From a candidate division FCPU426 bacterium (GTDB lineage Bacteria; Oederibacteriota; Muellerivitia; Muellerivitales; Muellerivitaceae), in contig CAWKAR010000019.1 in NCBI GenBank assembly GCA_963847625.1, positions 1 through 64,000 of the forward strand: a DNA stretch of 64,000 nucleotides, in the 5' to 3' direction. The notes beneath the pieces were generated by a model. The model made no database searches. It was not told the DNA's origin and saw only the letters and a program-made list of their open reading frames with translations. Each line of letters opens with the position of its first letter. The first letter of the stretch is position 1. Made by a program: the position numbers and the translations under genes. Of this stretch, positions 52,767-62,297 are shown piece after piece.

Positions 52767-54278
52767 ATGCCAACCCTTTGTGCCCTCGACGTGGGTTCCA
52801 ACGCCATGCGTCTGGCCATCGGCTTCCTGGGCCACGACCGAAAGCTCCATATCGTGGAGGATTTCCGCGAACCAATCCGCCTGGGCCAGGACGTTTTCAC
52901 TCGGGGTTCCATCTCCCGTGAAAACACCCAGCGGACCATCGAAACTTTTCAAAGGTTCAAGGAAATCATTAGACAGCACCAAGTGGTTAAAACTCGGGCA
53001 GTGGCCACGAGTGCGGTTCGGGAGGCTAAAAACCGAGATGTTTTCATTAAAAAAATTTTCCAAGCCACCGGGATAGAACTCAAGCCTATTACACCGGAAG
53101 AAGAAACACTGCTGGTCTATCTCGCCGTTTCCAAAAAAATTCCCTTGGAAGGCAAGACCTCCATGTTGGTGGATATCGGCGGAGGTAGCGTGGAAGTCAC
53201 CCTAGCCAGGGACGGTAAGATTCTCGCTTCAGAAAGCTTTCAAATGGGAGCCGTCCGCCTTCTGCAAGTACTGGAACAAAGTAAATACGGTGAAAAAAAG
53301 TTCAACCGGATGGTCCAGGAATACTTGGAAGCGGCCCGCAACCGGTTCAATCAAAAACTGACGGGGCAAAAGGTTGACGTCTGTGTGGGAACCGGTGGAA
53401 ACCTAGATACCCTTCTATATTTGAAAGAGCGGTTGTTACGAGTAAAAGAACCGTCCTATGTTACGCGTGTTGAGTTGGATTCCCTATTGGGCCGGCTGAG
53501 AAAACTGACTTATGACGAGCGCGTCACACGGTTTGGACTTCGTCCGGATAGGGCGGACGTCATCCTTCCGGCTATCACGGTCCTTCAAAAAATTATGGAA
53601 GTAGGACGAATTAATCGTATTCATATTCCCAATGTGGGCGTAAAGGAAGGCCTTCTGATTGATATGGTTTCAGAACTCCTAACTGGCCGGCCGACTCAGC
53701 GCAGGGATGAAATATTGGGTACCGTCAAGCAGACCGGCATAAAATATTCCCTCGACCAACCCCATGCGGACACCGTCACCCGGTTCGCCCTGGAACTTTT
53801 CGATAGGACACGGAAACTTCACCGTTTGGGAGAGGATAATCGCCTTCTGCTAGAGGTGGCCGCCCAGCTCCACGACATCGGTCAATTTATCAGCTATGGT
53901 TCCCACCACAAGCATTCCTATTATTTAATCCGCTCTTCCCAGTTGATGGGCCTTACCCCCTATCAGGTTGAACTGGTTGCCAACATTGCCCGGTACCACC
54001 GCAAAGCCCTCCCCAAGTCAAGCCACGACAATTACCGTCTGCTCCCGGCCCGAGAGAAGCTTTTAGTGTCAAAACTGGCGGCCATTCTCAGAATCGCCGA
54101 TGCGCTGGATCACGATCACGCTTCTAAAGTCTATAGTTTCACGGTCCAATACAAAAAACCCCATTTTTCCTTAAAATTGCAGGGGCAGGGGGATATGCTC
54201 TTGGAGCGGTGGGCCCTCCTGAAAAAATCTGATTTATTCGAAAAGGTATTCAAAGTTAAATTTTCCGTTAAAAGCTAA
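52767..54278 (+). CDS. ppx: Ppx/GppA exopolyphosphatase with C-terminal HD domain
   Basis: LDVGSNAMR, ATSAVREA, DIGGGSVE, RADVI, LHDIG, IARYHRK. Confidence 0.93.
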   Translation: MPTLCALDVGSNAMRLAIGFLGHDRKLHIVEDFREPIRLGQDVFTRGSISRENTQRTIETFQRFKEIIRQHQVVKTRAVATSAVREAKNRDVFIKKIFQATGIELKPITPEEETLLVYLAVSKKIPLEGKTSMLVDIGGGSVEVTLARDGKILASESFQMGAVRLLQVLEQSKYGEKKFNRMVQEYLEAARNRFNQKLTGQKVDVCVGTGGNLDTLLYLKERLLRVKEPSYVTRVELDSLLGRLRKLTYDERVTRFGLRPDRADVILPAITVLQKIMEVGRINRIHIPNVGVKEGLLIDMVSELLTGRPTQRRDEILGTVKQTGIKYSLDQPHADTVTRFALELFDRTRKLHRLGEDNRLLLEVAAQLHDIGQFISYGSHHKHSYYLIRSSQLMGLTPYQVELVANIARYHRKALPKSSHDNYRLLPAREKLLVSKLAAILRIADALDHDHASKVYSFTVQYKKPHFSLKLQGQGDMLLERWALLKKSDLFEKVFKVKFSVKS

Positions 54279-54358
54279 AACGAAGACATTGGGACATGGA
54301 TAAAAGCGTCTAAACGGGGATAATCTTCATTGTTTTGAATGTTAAGGAGAAAAAGTTT

Positions 54359-55054
54359 ATGGCCAGGTTTAAACCCAAGGAAATCGAGGGAAGACTGATT
54401 GCGGTGGAGGGGTTGGATGGTTCCGGAAAATCCACCCAAATCCGCCTTCTCAAGCGCTGGCTGGAACTGGAAGGCTATAAGGTTTTCTTCACGGAGTGGA
54501 ACTCCTCCGAATTGGTCAAGAAGGCCACCCGAAAGGGTAAAAAGAAAAAGCTCCTTACTCCCACAACCTTTTCTCTTATCCATGCTACGGACTTCGCCGA
54601 CCGTTACGAGCGGCAAATTCTTCCCCTTCTAAAAGGCGGATATATCGTCCTTGCGGACCGTTATTGTTACACAGCCTTCGCCCGGGACGCGGTCCGGGGT
54701 TGCGACCGGGACTGGATAAGAAAACTTTACCGTTTCGCTCGTAAACCTGATATCACCTTTTTCTTCGAACTTCCCCTGGAAGTGGCCCTGGGACGTATCC
54801 TGGAGGGACGGCCTATGTTGAAATACCATGAAGCCGGGATGGACCTGGGATTCTCCAAGGATCCTTACGAATCCTTCAGGATCTTCCAAGGGAAAATTTA
54901 CGAGGAATACGGCCGCATTGCCAAGGAATTTCCCTTTGAGCGCGTGGATGCCACCATTCCCGTGGAGAGCCAGCAGGCCTTCATGCGCGATGTCGTCAGG
55001 AAACGCATTGACCTCAAGAAATTCAAGTTTAAAGTCTCGGGAGTAAAATCATGA
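54359..55054 (+). CDS. Thymidylate-kinase-like P-loop kinase, subunit 1 (candidate family-3 polyphosphate kinase)
   Basis: IAVEGLDGSGKST, TEWNSS, ATDFADR, LADRY; AAGGAG SD before ATG at 54359. Confidence 0.8.
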   Translation: MARFKPKEIEGRLIAVEGLDGSGKSTQIRLLKRWLELEGYKVFFTEWNSSELVKKATRKGKKKKLLTPTTFSLIHATDFADRYERQILPLLKGGYIVLADRYCYTAFARDAVRGCDRDWIRKLYRFARKPDITFFFELPLEVALGRILEGRPMLKYHEAGMDLGFSKDPYESFRIFQGKIYEEYGRIAKEFPFERVDATIPVESQQAFMRDVVRKRIDLKKFKFKVSGVKS

Positions 55055-55923
55055 AACCCAAACGCTTTTATGGAAAAGGCCTTCCCAACATAGATCCCGG
55101 CCTTCTCAAAGGAACCCTTATCGTCATTGAGGGTTCCGATGGTGCTGGCCGATCCACCCAGATAGGCTTCCTCCAAAACTGGCTGGAGCGCAGGGGCATC
55201 CCCGTCGTCCTGGTGGGGCTGAAACGCTCCGAACTGGTGGGAGAAGCCCTGGCCGAGGCCATGCAAGGCAATACCCTCAACGCCATCACCTTGAACCTCT
55301 TTTACGCCACCGATTTTGCCGACCAGTTGGAGCGGGTAATCGTGCCGGCGCTGAAGGCGGGTTTCTTGGTCCTGGCCGACCGTTATATCTATACCCTCAT
55401 GGCCCGCGATATTGTCCGGGGTTCCTCCATGGAATGGCTTCGGGAGATTTATGGTTTCGCGGTGGTGCCCGACGCGGTCTTCTACCTGAACGTGAGCCCT
55501 AAAATCCTAGCCGAACGTAATTTCAGCAAACGGGGATTCCTGGACTATTGGGAATCAGGGATGGACATCCAGAGGGTTGGAGGAATGTACGACAATTTCG
55601 TCAAGTACCAGGGCCGGCTGCACAAGGTTTTCCAAAATTTTCAAAGGGAATACGGTTTTTATACCATCCAGGGAAGCCGATCCATGGTTTCCATCGCAAG
55701 AGAAATCCGGAGTCGTGTTGAAAAGATCCTGATGGTCAAGGACCTTGCCGATAAGCCGGTTCCCCAAGCCAAAGAGCCAACACCTAACCCAGTTGAAAAG
55801 GCGGAGAAAACACCTGAAAAAATCCCGGAAAAGACCGCAGAGAAATCTTCCGAAAAACCCGCAACTAAGGTTCTGGAACTCCCGGGAGAAAAAGCCTCCA
55901 CTTCGGAAAAACAAAAAATTTAA
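55051..55923 (+). CDS. Thymidylate-kinase-like P-loop kinase, subunit 2 (P-loop K-to-R), with Glu/Lys/Pro-rich tail
   Basis: IVIEGSDGAGRST, ATDFADQLE, LADRY, DYWESGMD; ATGA overlap with the upstream paralog. Confidence 0.8.
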   Translation: MKPKRFYGKGLPNIDPGLLKGTLIVIEGSDGAGRSTQIGFLQNWLERRGIPVVLVGLKRSELVGEALAEAMQGNTLNAITLNLFYATDFADQLERVIVPALKAGFLVLADRYIYTLMARDIVRGSSMEWLREIYGFAVVPDAVFYLNVSPKILAERNFSKRGFLDYWESGMDIQRVGGMYDNFVKYQGRLHKVFQNFQREYGFYTIQGSRSMVSIAREIRSRVEKILMVKDLADKPVPQAKEPTPNPVEKAEKTPEKIPEKTAEKSSEKPATKVLELPGEKASTSEKQKI

Positions 55924-55925
55924 CT

Positions 55926-56980
55926 CCCGAGTTCCATAAGTAAGTGCAACACTTAGTGTCTGAAGAAGGCCGCATGAATAGGATATGCGGCTATGAAAAA
56001 GAAATACAAGCATTTAAGCGTTGAAGAAAGAGATCATTTATCCGTCTTGAAAGGAAAGGGTCTTAGCCTTCGAGCAATTTCACGCGCCTTGAAGAGGTCT
56101 CCTTCCACCCTCTCCAGGGAACTCAAGCGCAATGCTCCCCCTATCCGTTCTGGTTATTATCTTTCTCATCGAGCCCATCAACGGTATGTTGACCGCAACC
56201 AACAACGAGCACGCCGTTTACGCCTGAAAACAAAACGAATTCGTGCCTACGTCCGTCGTCAATTGAAACGAGGCTGGTCTCCAGAACTCATTTCAGGTCG
56301 ATTAGGTCACCTACGGCCTAAGCAAACCATTGGTCCTGAAGCTATCTATCAGTGGGTTTATGCTGAAGCCACTGAGCTGATTCCTTGCCTAGTTCGACAC
56401 CACCGGCGACGATTCTCATTTGGCCATAGCCGTAAGCACGCCAAAAACCATATCCCAGGCCGTGTTTCCATCGATAAGCGCTCCGAGATCGCCAATCAAC
56501 GCAAGCAATTCGGCCATTGGGAAACCGACACCATGGTCTCTCGTCAGAGTAAAGTTGCTATGCGGGCTCTCGTCGAGCGTCAAAGCCGTTTTTCCAAGTT
56601 GGGAAAGCTCAAACGAAAGACCGCTCGCCAAATGAGTCATAGCCTCAACCGCGCTTTATGCCGCTTCCCTCAAGACGCCCGCCTGAGTCTGACCTATGAC
56701 AACGGAACCGAAAACACCAACCACTTGGAAACCAACCACGTGCTTGGTACAAAATCCTTTTTCTGCGCCCCTTTCCACAGTTGGGAAAAAGGTACGGTGG
56801 AAAATACTATCGGTCTTGTCCGCCGCCATTTGCCTAAAAAGACTGATCTTGCTAAAGTGTCCTTCAAAGAATTCAGGACCATAGAAAGATGGCTCAATAA
56901 CAGGCCCAGGAAATGTTTGGGCTTTAAAACTCCGGCGGAAGTCTTCCGGCGAAGTGTTGCACTTACTCCGTGAATTCGGC
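55926..56980 (+). mobile_element. Complete IS30-family insertion sequence
   Basis: 29-bp imperfect terminal IRs (55926-55954 / 56952-56980, sharing AGTAAGTGCAACACTT); ACT direct repeat at 55923-55925 and 56981-56983. Confidence 0.9.
55993..56973 (+). CDS. IS30 family transposase
   Basis: N-terminal HTH (RSPSTLSRELKRN), WSPELIS, GHWETDT, LTYDNGTE, WEKGTVEN, LNNRPRKCLGFKTP. Confidence 0.95.
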   Translation: MKKKYKHLSVEERDHLSVLKGKGLSLRAISRALKRSPSTLSRELKRNAPPIRSGYYLSHRAHQRYVDRNQQRARRLRLKTKRIRAYVRRQLKRGWSPELISGRLGHLRPKQTIGPEAIYQWVYAEATELIPCLVRHHRRRFSFGHSRKHAKNHIPGRVSIDKRSEIANQRKQFGHWETDTMVSRQSKVAMRALVERQSRFSKLGKLKRKTARQMSHSLNRALCRFPQDARLSLTYDNGTENTNHLETNHVLGTKSFFCAPFHSWEKGTVENTIGLVRRHLPKKTDLAKVSFKEFRTIERWLNNRPRKCLGFKTPAEVFRRSVALTP

Positions 56981-57087
56981 ACTCAATTAAGTCCGGTGAT
57001 CGCCTCATGGCGTAATATTGGGTAATTTCCGGGAATCGGTCTTGCCATACTTAACTTTTTAATCCATTCCATTCGTTAGAACCCATT

Positions 57088-57612
57088 TTATTTATCCTTT
57101 TCAGAAACGAAACGCACTGAAACTGAGTTGATGCAATACCTCAAACCAGAGGGCTTGGGGCCGTCCTCGAAAACGTGGCCCAAGTGGCCGCCGCACCGGG
57201 GACAATAGATCTCTATCCGTTCCATTCCAAAGGAATGGTCGGGCCGGCTTGCCACATTTTCAGGATAAATGGGTCCGAAAAAGCTGGGCCATCCGGTACC
57301 GGAATCGAATTTGGTGCCCGACACAAAAAGCTCCAACCCGCATCCGGCGCAAACATACAAACCCTTCTCGTGATTGTTCCAATAAAGGCCTGAGCAAGCT
57401 CGTTCGGTCTCATGGCCCCGCAAGACCTTGCACTGCTCGGGTGTCAGGATTTTTTTCCATTCCGAGTCGGTCTTGACCACTTTATCTCCCCTGTACTTGC
57501 CCATATAGCACTCCTTTTCTTTCACAACCAGTTTTTCCTGGGCGATAACAAAAGACAAGGCCGTTACTTGCGCCACGATTAGAACAGCAATCCATCCGAT
57601 CTTCCTCCCCAT
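57088..57612 (-). CDS. msrB: Peptide-methionine (R)-S-oxide reductase with N-terminal signal-like segment
   Basis: EWKKILTP, TER, YVCAGC, KFDSGTGWPSF, CPRCGGHLGHVFEDGP, RYCINS. Confidence 0.95.
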   Translation of the reverse strand: MGRKIGWIAVLIVAQVTALSFVIAQEKLVVKEKECYMGKYRGDKVVKTDSEWKKILTPEQCKVLRGHETERACSGLYWNNHEKGLYVCAGCGLELFVSGTKFDSGTGWPSFFGPIYPENVASRPDHSFGMERIEIYCPRCGGHLGHVFEDGPKPSGLRYCINSVSVRFVSEKDK

Positions 57613-57807
57613 TTCTATTCCCCTTTTCGCGAAATGACGTCCGGTTAAGGCGATTCTGCCCATTCCACGTAGCACTTAAAACCTTACGAAATGCGGGAGG
57701 GGATTTCCAAGGGTGCGGGAAAAAAATCACGGTTGGATGCTGAAAGATTTGTTAAAAAGACCGAAATAACGCATGATCCAGGGTAATCGGACCAAAATTT
57801 AATAAAA

Positions 57808-59118
57808 TCATTCCCTTCGGCGCACGCCCAGGATTTGGTAGTCGTGCTTCTCAATGGCCTGGGTCATTTTGTCCCGGGTCATCAGGTATAAGGACTTATC
57901 CTTGGGAAGCTCGATGAAAATATAAGCCGTTTGAAAAACCAAACCGCAGAGCAATAGAAATACAAGGATCGGTTTGCCCCACTGGATTTCCCAACCCCGC
58001 TCCCAAATGTATAAGGAATAAAGCATAACTACGGGCATCATTTCACAGTAGGTATTGACGTCCGGACTCTTGGCCGTGCAACAAAGGGAGCCATAAACCA
58101 AAAGGAAAACCGAGGCCAGGAAAAGCCGCATTCCCGCCCAATCACGATGGCTCGACTTTCGGACAATAAGGGACGCGGCCAAAAGGAACATTTGGACGTA
58201 ACCGAAAATCCAAAGTAAAAAACCCGGCCATAGAAAGACGTTTTGGACCAGGTACTGGACCCGATCCATTGTGTTTTCGCCGATGAAACGCGCCGTTTCA
58301 AAGCAGGCCAGGGCCAGAAATTGGGCCAAGAGGGCGAAGAACATGAGGAAGTTGTGGATATTCAAGCTGAAGGAAAGCCCCCAGGCCTCCCGAACCAAAT
58401 GATAATCGGGTTGGAACAAGGTCGGAAGAACCAGGAGCGATAAGGGAAGGGCACCCACTAAGAAGTAAACTATCGCCGGCCATAGACGGTTGGTCTTGCT
58501 TTGCAAGAAGAAAGAAAACAGTACCAAGGGTGCGACCAAAACCCAAGTACGGTGGATCTGAACCCAACCGGAAAGGGAGAAACCCATGAGGGCGTTGGCC
58601 CAGGGCAGGGATATCCACCCCAGGCTCAAGGCCGGCAGGGTTTCCAGGAAAGCCACGAAGAATACGTCAGCCGCCGCGATGGAATAGGACATGTTGTTCA
58701 TGGTGGTGGAATAGTGGAGGAACCAGGGAGCGGTCAGAACCCAAGTAAAAATGAACCAGGGTGGGAGTTTCGGGAGCCGCTTGCAGGCGTACCAGGCCAA
58801 GAAGGCGTGGCCCGCGAGCGCGATTAGGTTTAAAAGGACATAGGGCGATAGGGGCGACGGCCAAATCTTCAGCGGGAGGCCCACCAGCAGGGCTTCTAAG
58901 GCGCCCGGGTCTTGCATCAAAAGTTTCCTGCCCTCGTGCCACATGGAAAATTCATTCCCGTAATAGGGCCAGAGGCCGGTCGCGAAATACTTCAAGCCCA
59001 AAAGATAGGTCTGGATCTCATCGTAGCGGGGTTGGACCGGCTCGACCCAGAGGCCGAAAGCCAGGCGCAGAAAAAAGAGGGGGATGAATAAAAGGGAAAG
59101 CTTCCACCACTTAATCAT
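57808..59118 (-). CDS. Multi-TM membrane protein, probable GT-C-fold glycosyltransferase; paralog of the adjacent gene
   Basis: FLRL..RYDEIQTYLLGLKY..WPYYG; ~11 hydrophobic segments. Confidence 0.55.
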   Translation of the reverse strand: MIKWWKLSLLFIPLFFLRLAFGLWVEPVQPRYDEIQTYLLGLKYFATGLWPYYGNEFSMWHEGRKLLMQDPGALEALLVGLPLKIWPSPLSPYVLLNLIALAGHAFLAWYACKRLPKLPPWFIFTWVLTAPWFLHYSTTMNNMSYSIAAADVFFVAFLETLPALSLGWISLPWANALMGFSLSGWVQIHRTWVLVAPLVLFSFFLQSKTNRLWPAIVYFLVGALPLSLLVLPTLFQPDYHLVREAWGLSFSLNIHNFLMFFALLAQFLALACFETARFIGENTMDRVQYLVQNVFLWPGFLLWIFGYVQMFLLAASLIVRKSSHRDWAGMRLFLASVFLLVYGSLCCTAKSPDVNTYCEMMPVVMLYSLYIWERGWEIQWGKPILVFLLLCGLVFQTAYIFIELPKDKSLYLMTRDKMTQAIEKHDYQILGVRRRE

Positions 59119-59142
59119 AAAACTCCAATCGAAATAGACATG

Positions 59143-60486
59143 TCAATAAAGGGCATAGGGCCGGCGTTCCGCCAAAAAACGGTAATCCTTCCCTTCGATC
59201 GCCTTCTGCATCCGAAGGCGGTACTGGGAATAAACCGAAATACCCCTCTCACTCGTCTTGATGGCATATCCGATCTGGAAATATATACTGGCGATCAGGA
59301 AAACCGCCCCCAGGATCCGCCAGAAACGTTTGCTGGCCAGGAACTCCCAACAGTAGAAAGAATAAATCATGATGACCGGCAGGGCTTCGTAGTATCGGTG
59401 CGAGGATGGCGGCTTCACGGAAAACCAGAAGAGGAAATAAACCCCTAAAATCAAAACCAGGGTCAGGTATTTCACCCTCCCCCAATCAGGCCTTGGATGC
59501 TTCCGCAAAAACCAAAGGAAAAACAAGACTCCCGCCTGGAGAATACCCGCCCCCCAAAGGAAAAATCCGGGTCCGGCCAGCCAGGGGGATTTCAATAAAA
59601 AATCCAGGCGTTCAGGAGTATGTTCGCCCAGGAAGCGCGGCAGTTCAAAACTCGCGAAGGATAACATACGAAAGATTACTATGATCAACGCCAATATGTT
59701 CCCGGTATTTAACGGCGCGGAATAACCATGGAGGTTGCCGACCATCCCAAAGCCATAGACGAAATAAGTCGGCGCCAACAGGGACAGTAAGGGCAAAGCC
59801 CCCAGGCTCCCGAATAGGAGGGCTGACCGGACAGTCCCCGATTTCCATTGAGAATAAAAGGAGTATGCAGTGAACGGCACGAACATCACCCAGGACATAT
59901 GCAATTGCGCGACCCATAAAAAACCGAATCCCATTAAGGCATTGGACAAGGAAAGGGGCAGGATTTTGCGGCTTAATATGGGAACAGACTCCATAAAACC
60001 GATGAAAAACAAGACAGCTCCGACGATGGAATAGGATTGGTTCATGACCTGGGTGGAAAAATGCGTGGTCCAGGGAGCGATGTAAATCCAGGTGAATATG
60101 AACCAGGGCGGGATGCCTGGCGTTCGCCTGCGGCAATACCAGGCGAGGAAGCTCCAGGCGGCGAGGGTCAGGAGGTTGAGAAACAAATAAGGGGATTCTG
60201 CAACCGGCCATATCTTTAAGGGAACGGAAACCAGCAATCCTTGCAGGGCCCCGGCCATTTGGCCTTTGTAAACGGCCCCCCCGCCCTGCATATCCGTCCC
60301 GTAATAGGGCCAGGTTTGAGTGGTGTAGGATTTCAACCCGACCAGGTATGTCTGGACCTCGTCCTCATCCGTGGTAATTGAGGGACAATTGAGGCCGAAG
60401 TAAAAACGGAAAAGGAAAGCGCAAGCGAGGAACATGAAAAACACGAATTTGTTGTTTTTGGAAAAAGAAATTTCTTTAGACTTCAC
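59143..60486 (-). CDS. Multi-TM membrane protein, probable GT-C-fold glycosyltransferase
   Basis: LFRF..DEDEVQTYLVGLKSY..WPYYG; GALQGLLVSVPLKIWP shared with the 57808-59118 paralog. Confidence 0.55.
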   Translation of the reverse strand: MKSKEISFSKNNKFVFFMFLACAFLFRFYFGLNCPSITTDEDEVQTYLVGLKSYTTQTWPYYGTDMQGGGAVYKGQMAGALQGLLVSVPLKIWPVAESPYLFLNLLTLAAWSFLAWYCRRRTPGIPPWFIFTWIYIAPWTTHFSTQVMNQSYSIVGAVLFFIGFMESVPILSRKILPLSLSNALMGFGFLWVAQLHMSWVMFVPFTAYSFYSQWKSGTVRSALLFGSLGALPLLSLLAPTYFVYGFGMVGNLHGYSAPLNTGNILALIIVIFRMLSFASFELPRFLGEHTPERLDFLLKSPWLAGPGFFLWGAGILQAGVLFFLWFLRKHPRPDWGRVKYLTLVLILGVYFLFWFSVKPPSSHRYYEALPVIMIYSFYCWEFLASKRFWRILGAVFLIASIYFQIGYAIKTSERGISVYSQYRLRMQKAIEGKDYRFLAERRPYALY

Positions 60487-62036
60487 TTCGGCTCCCCTCT
60501 CGCCCTTTTATCGGCCAAATCATACAGGTACACACTCGCACCTTGGGCGTGAAACTCATCCCTTTTCCTCCCAATCCCGTCCAAATAATTTAAATAAATG
60601 TTTTCCTCGTTCCCGAAGCAATGCGAGAATAAAAACCAGATCGGATGGTAATCGCGTAACCCCCCGACCTGGGATAGGTATTGCCCGGGATCATCTCTGC
60701 TGTGAATACCTTCGATCACCTGACTACCCTGGAGGCCATAAGAAGGCGCGTAATATTTAAAGGCCGGCAATGAGGCATAGTAAACATAGGTCCAGTCCTC
60801 ATAGGATTTATGCTGACTCAGGTATGACATCACCGGCTTTATTTCCTCCATAAGGATGGGGGGCTGAAAAAGATGGTGGATCGGGCCGTAAAGAAGAAGT
60901 CCCGAAAGCAGAAAAAACATGCTAAAAGCCAACCATTTTCTCAAGCGGACCCGGATCAGGCCGGTATGTAAAGCCTCGATCCCCTCGGCGGCCAAAAGGT
61001 ACACCATCGGAGCCGTGAATAGAAGTAAGCGACCGCTCACCGGATATTTTTTTAGCGCCGACGCCGATAAAACGGCTAGGAACGAAAAAACGAAGCATAA
61101 AAAAAGCCCCCGGTTTTTATGGGAAAAGGACACGCATCCCATCAGTAATAAAACTAGAACCAACGGGCGAAACGCGAAACCCATAGGATCCTGCAGCATT
61201 TGTATGAACGATAAATAAAACCAGCCCAAATCCCGCCAAGGTGGCATGGGCATGAAACCCGACCCCCAATAATCGAGCAAGTTGTTGTTTGCCGCTTCCG
61301 TGCTCAGCAAAGTCCGGAAAAGAATATAAAAATTAACCGCCTGGGCTGACACGATACCGCCAACCAGCAACAACTTCCGCCAATTTTTTTCGGCGAACGC
61401 GTCCATGGCAAAAGCGAGACATATTCCAAAAAATATAAAAAGCGAAGGATGTGACAGCCAAAATAAAACAAGACCGGCCGCTCCAAAATACATCCATTGC
61501 CTGGCTGTCGCATTCGCACCCAGGTATTTCAGCGCCAAGACCGTTAAGGAAACAGTCGCGAGAACATCGCAAGAATATTGTTTGACCTCGGATGAGTAAT
61601 AGATCAATTGTTCCGAAAAAGCGAAAAAACACAAAGCCAACAGGCCGCCGAATCCTCCGGATTCCCCATTAATGACCCGGGTTAAGCTGCGCATCAATAA
61701 AAGCGCCGCGATACCCGCCAATAACGGAAGAAGCCGAAGGATAAAATCCTTGTTTCCAAATAAACCAATGAGGGCTTTTTGAACCAATAAAAATCCGATG
61801 GGCGCGGCTTGGTTGCCGTCCAATGGTCTGAAAAGGCCGGAGAAGGAGCGGACTGTAATATTATTGGAAAGCAAAGCCTCATCCAGCCACAAGGATCGGT
61901 TGACCGCGAATTGCCGGACCCGCAGAAATATTCCAATAAGCACTATGAATAACGACAGGTTATTCACCAGGCGTGAATTCCGTTCGGGGGTTGTGGCTGT
62001 GGGCTCATTCATGACAGTACTAATTAAAAAACCCAT
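60483..62036 (-). CDS. GT39/ArnT-like membrane glycosyltransferase (start may be 62012)
   Basis: FLRVRQFAVNRSLWLDEA, QAAPIGF, LRLLPLLAG, YYSSEVKQYS, YPVSGRLLLF. Confidence 0.75.
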   Translation of the reverse strand: MGFLISTVMNEPTATTPERNSRLVNNLSLFIVLIGIFLRVRQFAVNRSLWLDEALLSNNITVRSFSGLFRPLDGNQAAPIGFLLVQKALIGLFGNKDFILRLLPLLAGIAALLLMRSLTRVINGESGGFGGLLALCFFAFSEQLIYYSSEVKQYSCDVLATVSLTVLALKYLGANATARQWMYFGAAGLVLFWLSHPSLFIFFGICLAFAMDAFAEKNWRKLLLVGGIVSAQAVNFYILFRTLLSTEAANNNLLDYWGSGFMPMPPWRDLGWFYLSFIQMLQDPMGFAFRPLVLVLLLMGCVSFSHKNRGLFLCFVFSFLAVLSASALKKYPVSGRLLLFTAPMVYLLAAEGIEALHTGLIRVRLRKWLAFSMFFLLSGLLLYGPIHHLFQPPILMEEIKPVMSYLSQHKSYEDWTYVYYASLPAFKYYAPSYGLQGSQVIEGIHSRDDPGQYLSQVGGLRDYHPIWFLFSHCFGNEENIYLNYLDGIGRKRDEFHAQGASVYLYDLADKRARGEPK

Positions 62037-62297
62037 TAAAATTCATTCATTTTATCTTCAGGATTAATTTTTGACGTGCATAACCGAAAAATTCAGGTCT
62101 CAAGAAACGCCTTTATGATCGTGAAACCAGCTTGGCCCCGTAGTTGGGGCGCATTAACCCGATGCGGGCATCAACCAATTCCATTGGGAAAATTAAATTT
62201 GTGACTCGTGGAGTTTACTCCAAGGAAATCGTCAGCACCACCGTAAAGGTGCTTCCCTTCTCTTCTTTCCTAAAATCCCGTATTCATATTCCCGCCA

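Noticed and set aside
54359..55923. Calling the kinases tmk
   Set aside because: Tandem pair next to ppx, atypical motifs and a P-loop K-to-R change; gene symbol withheld
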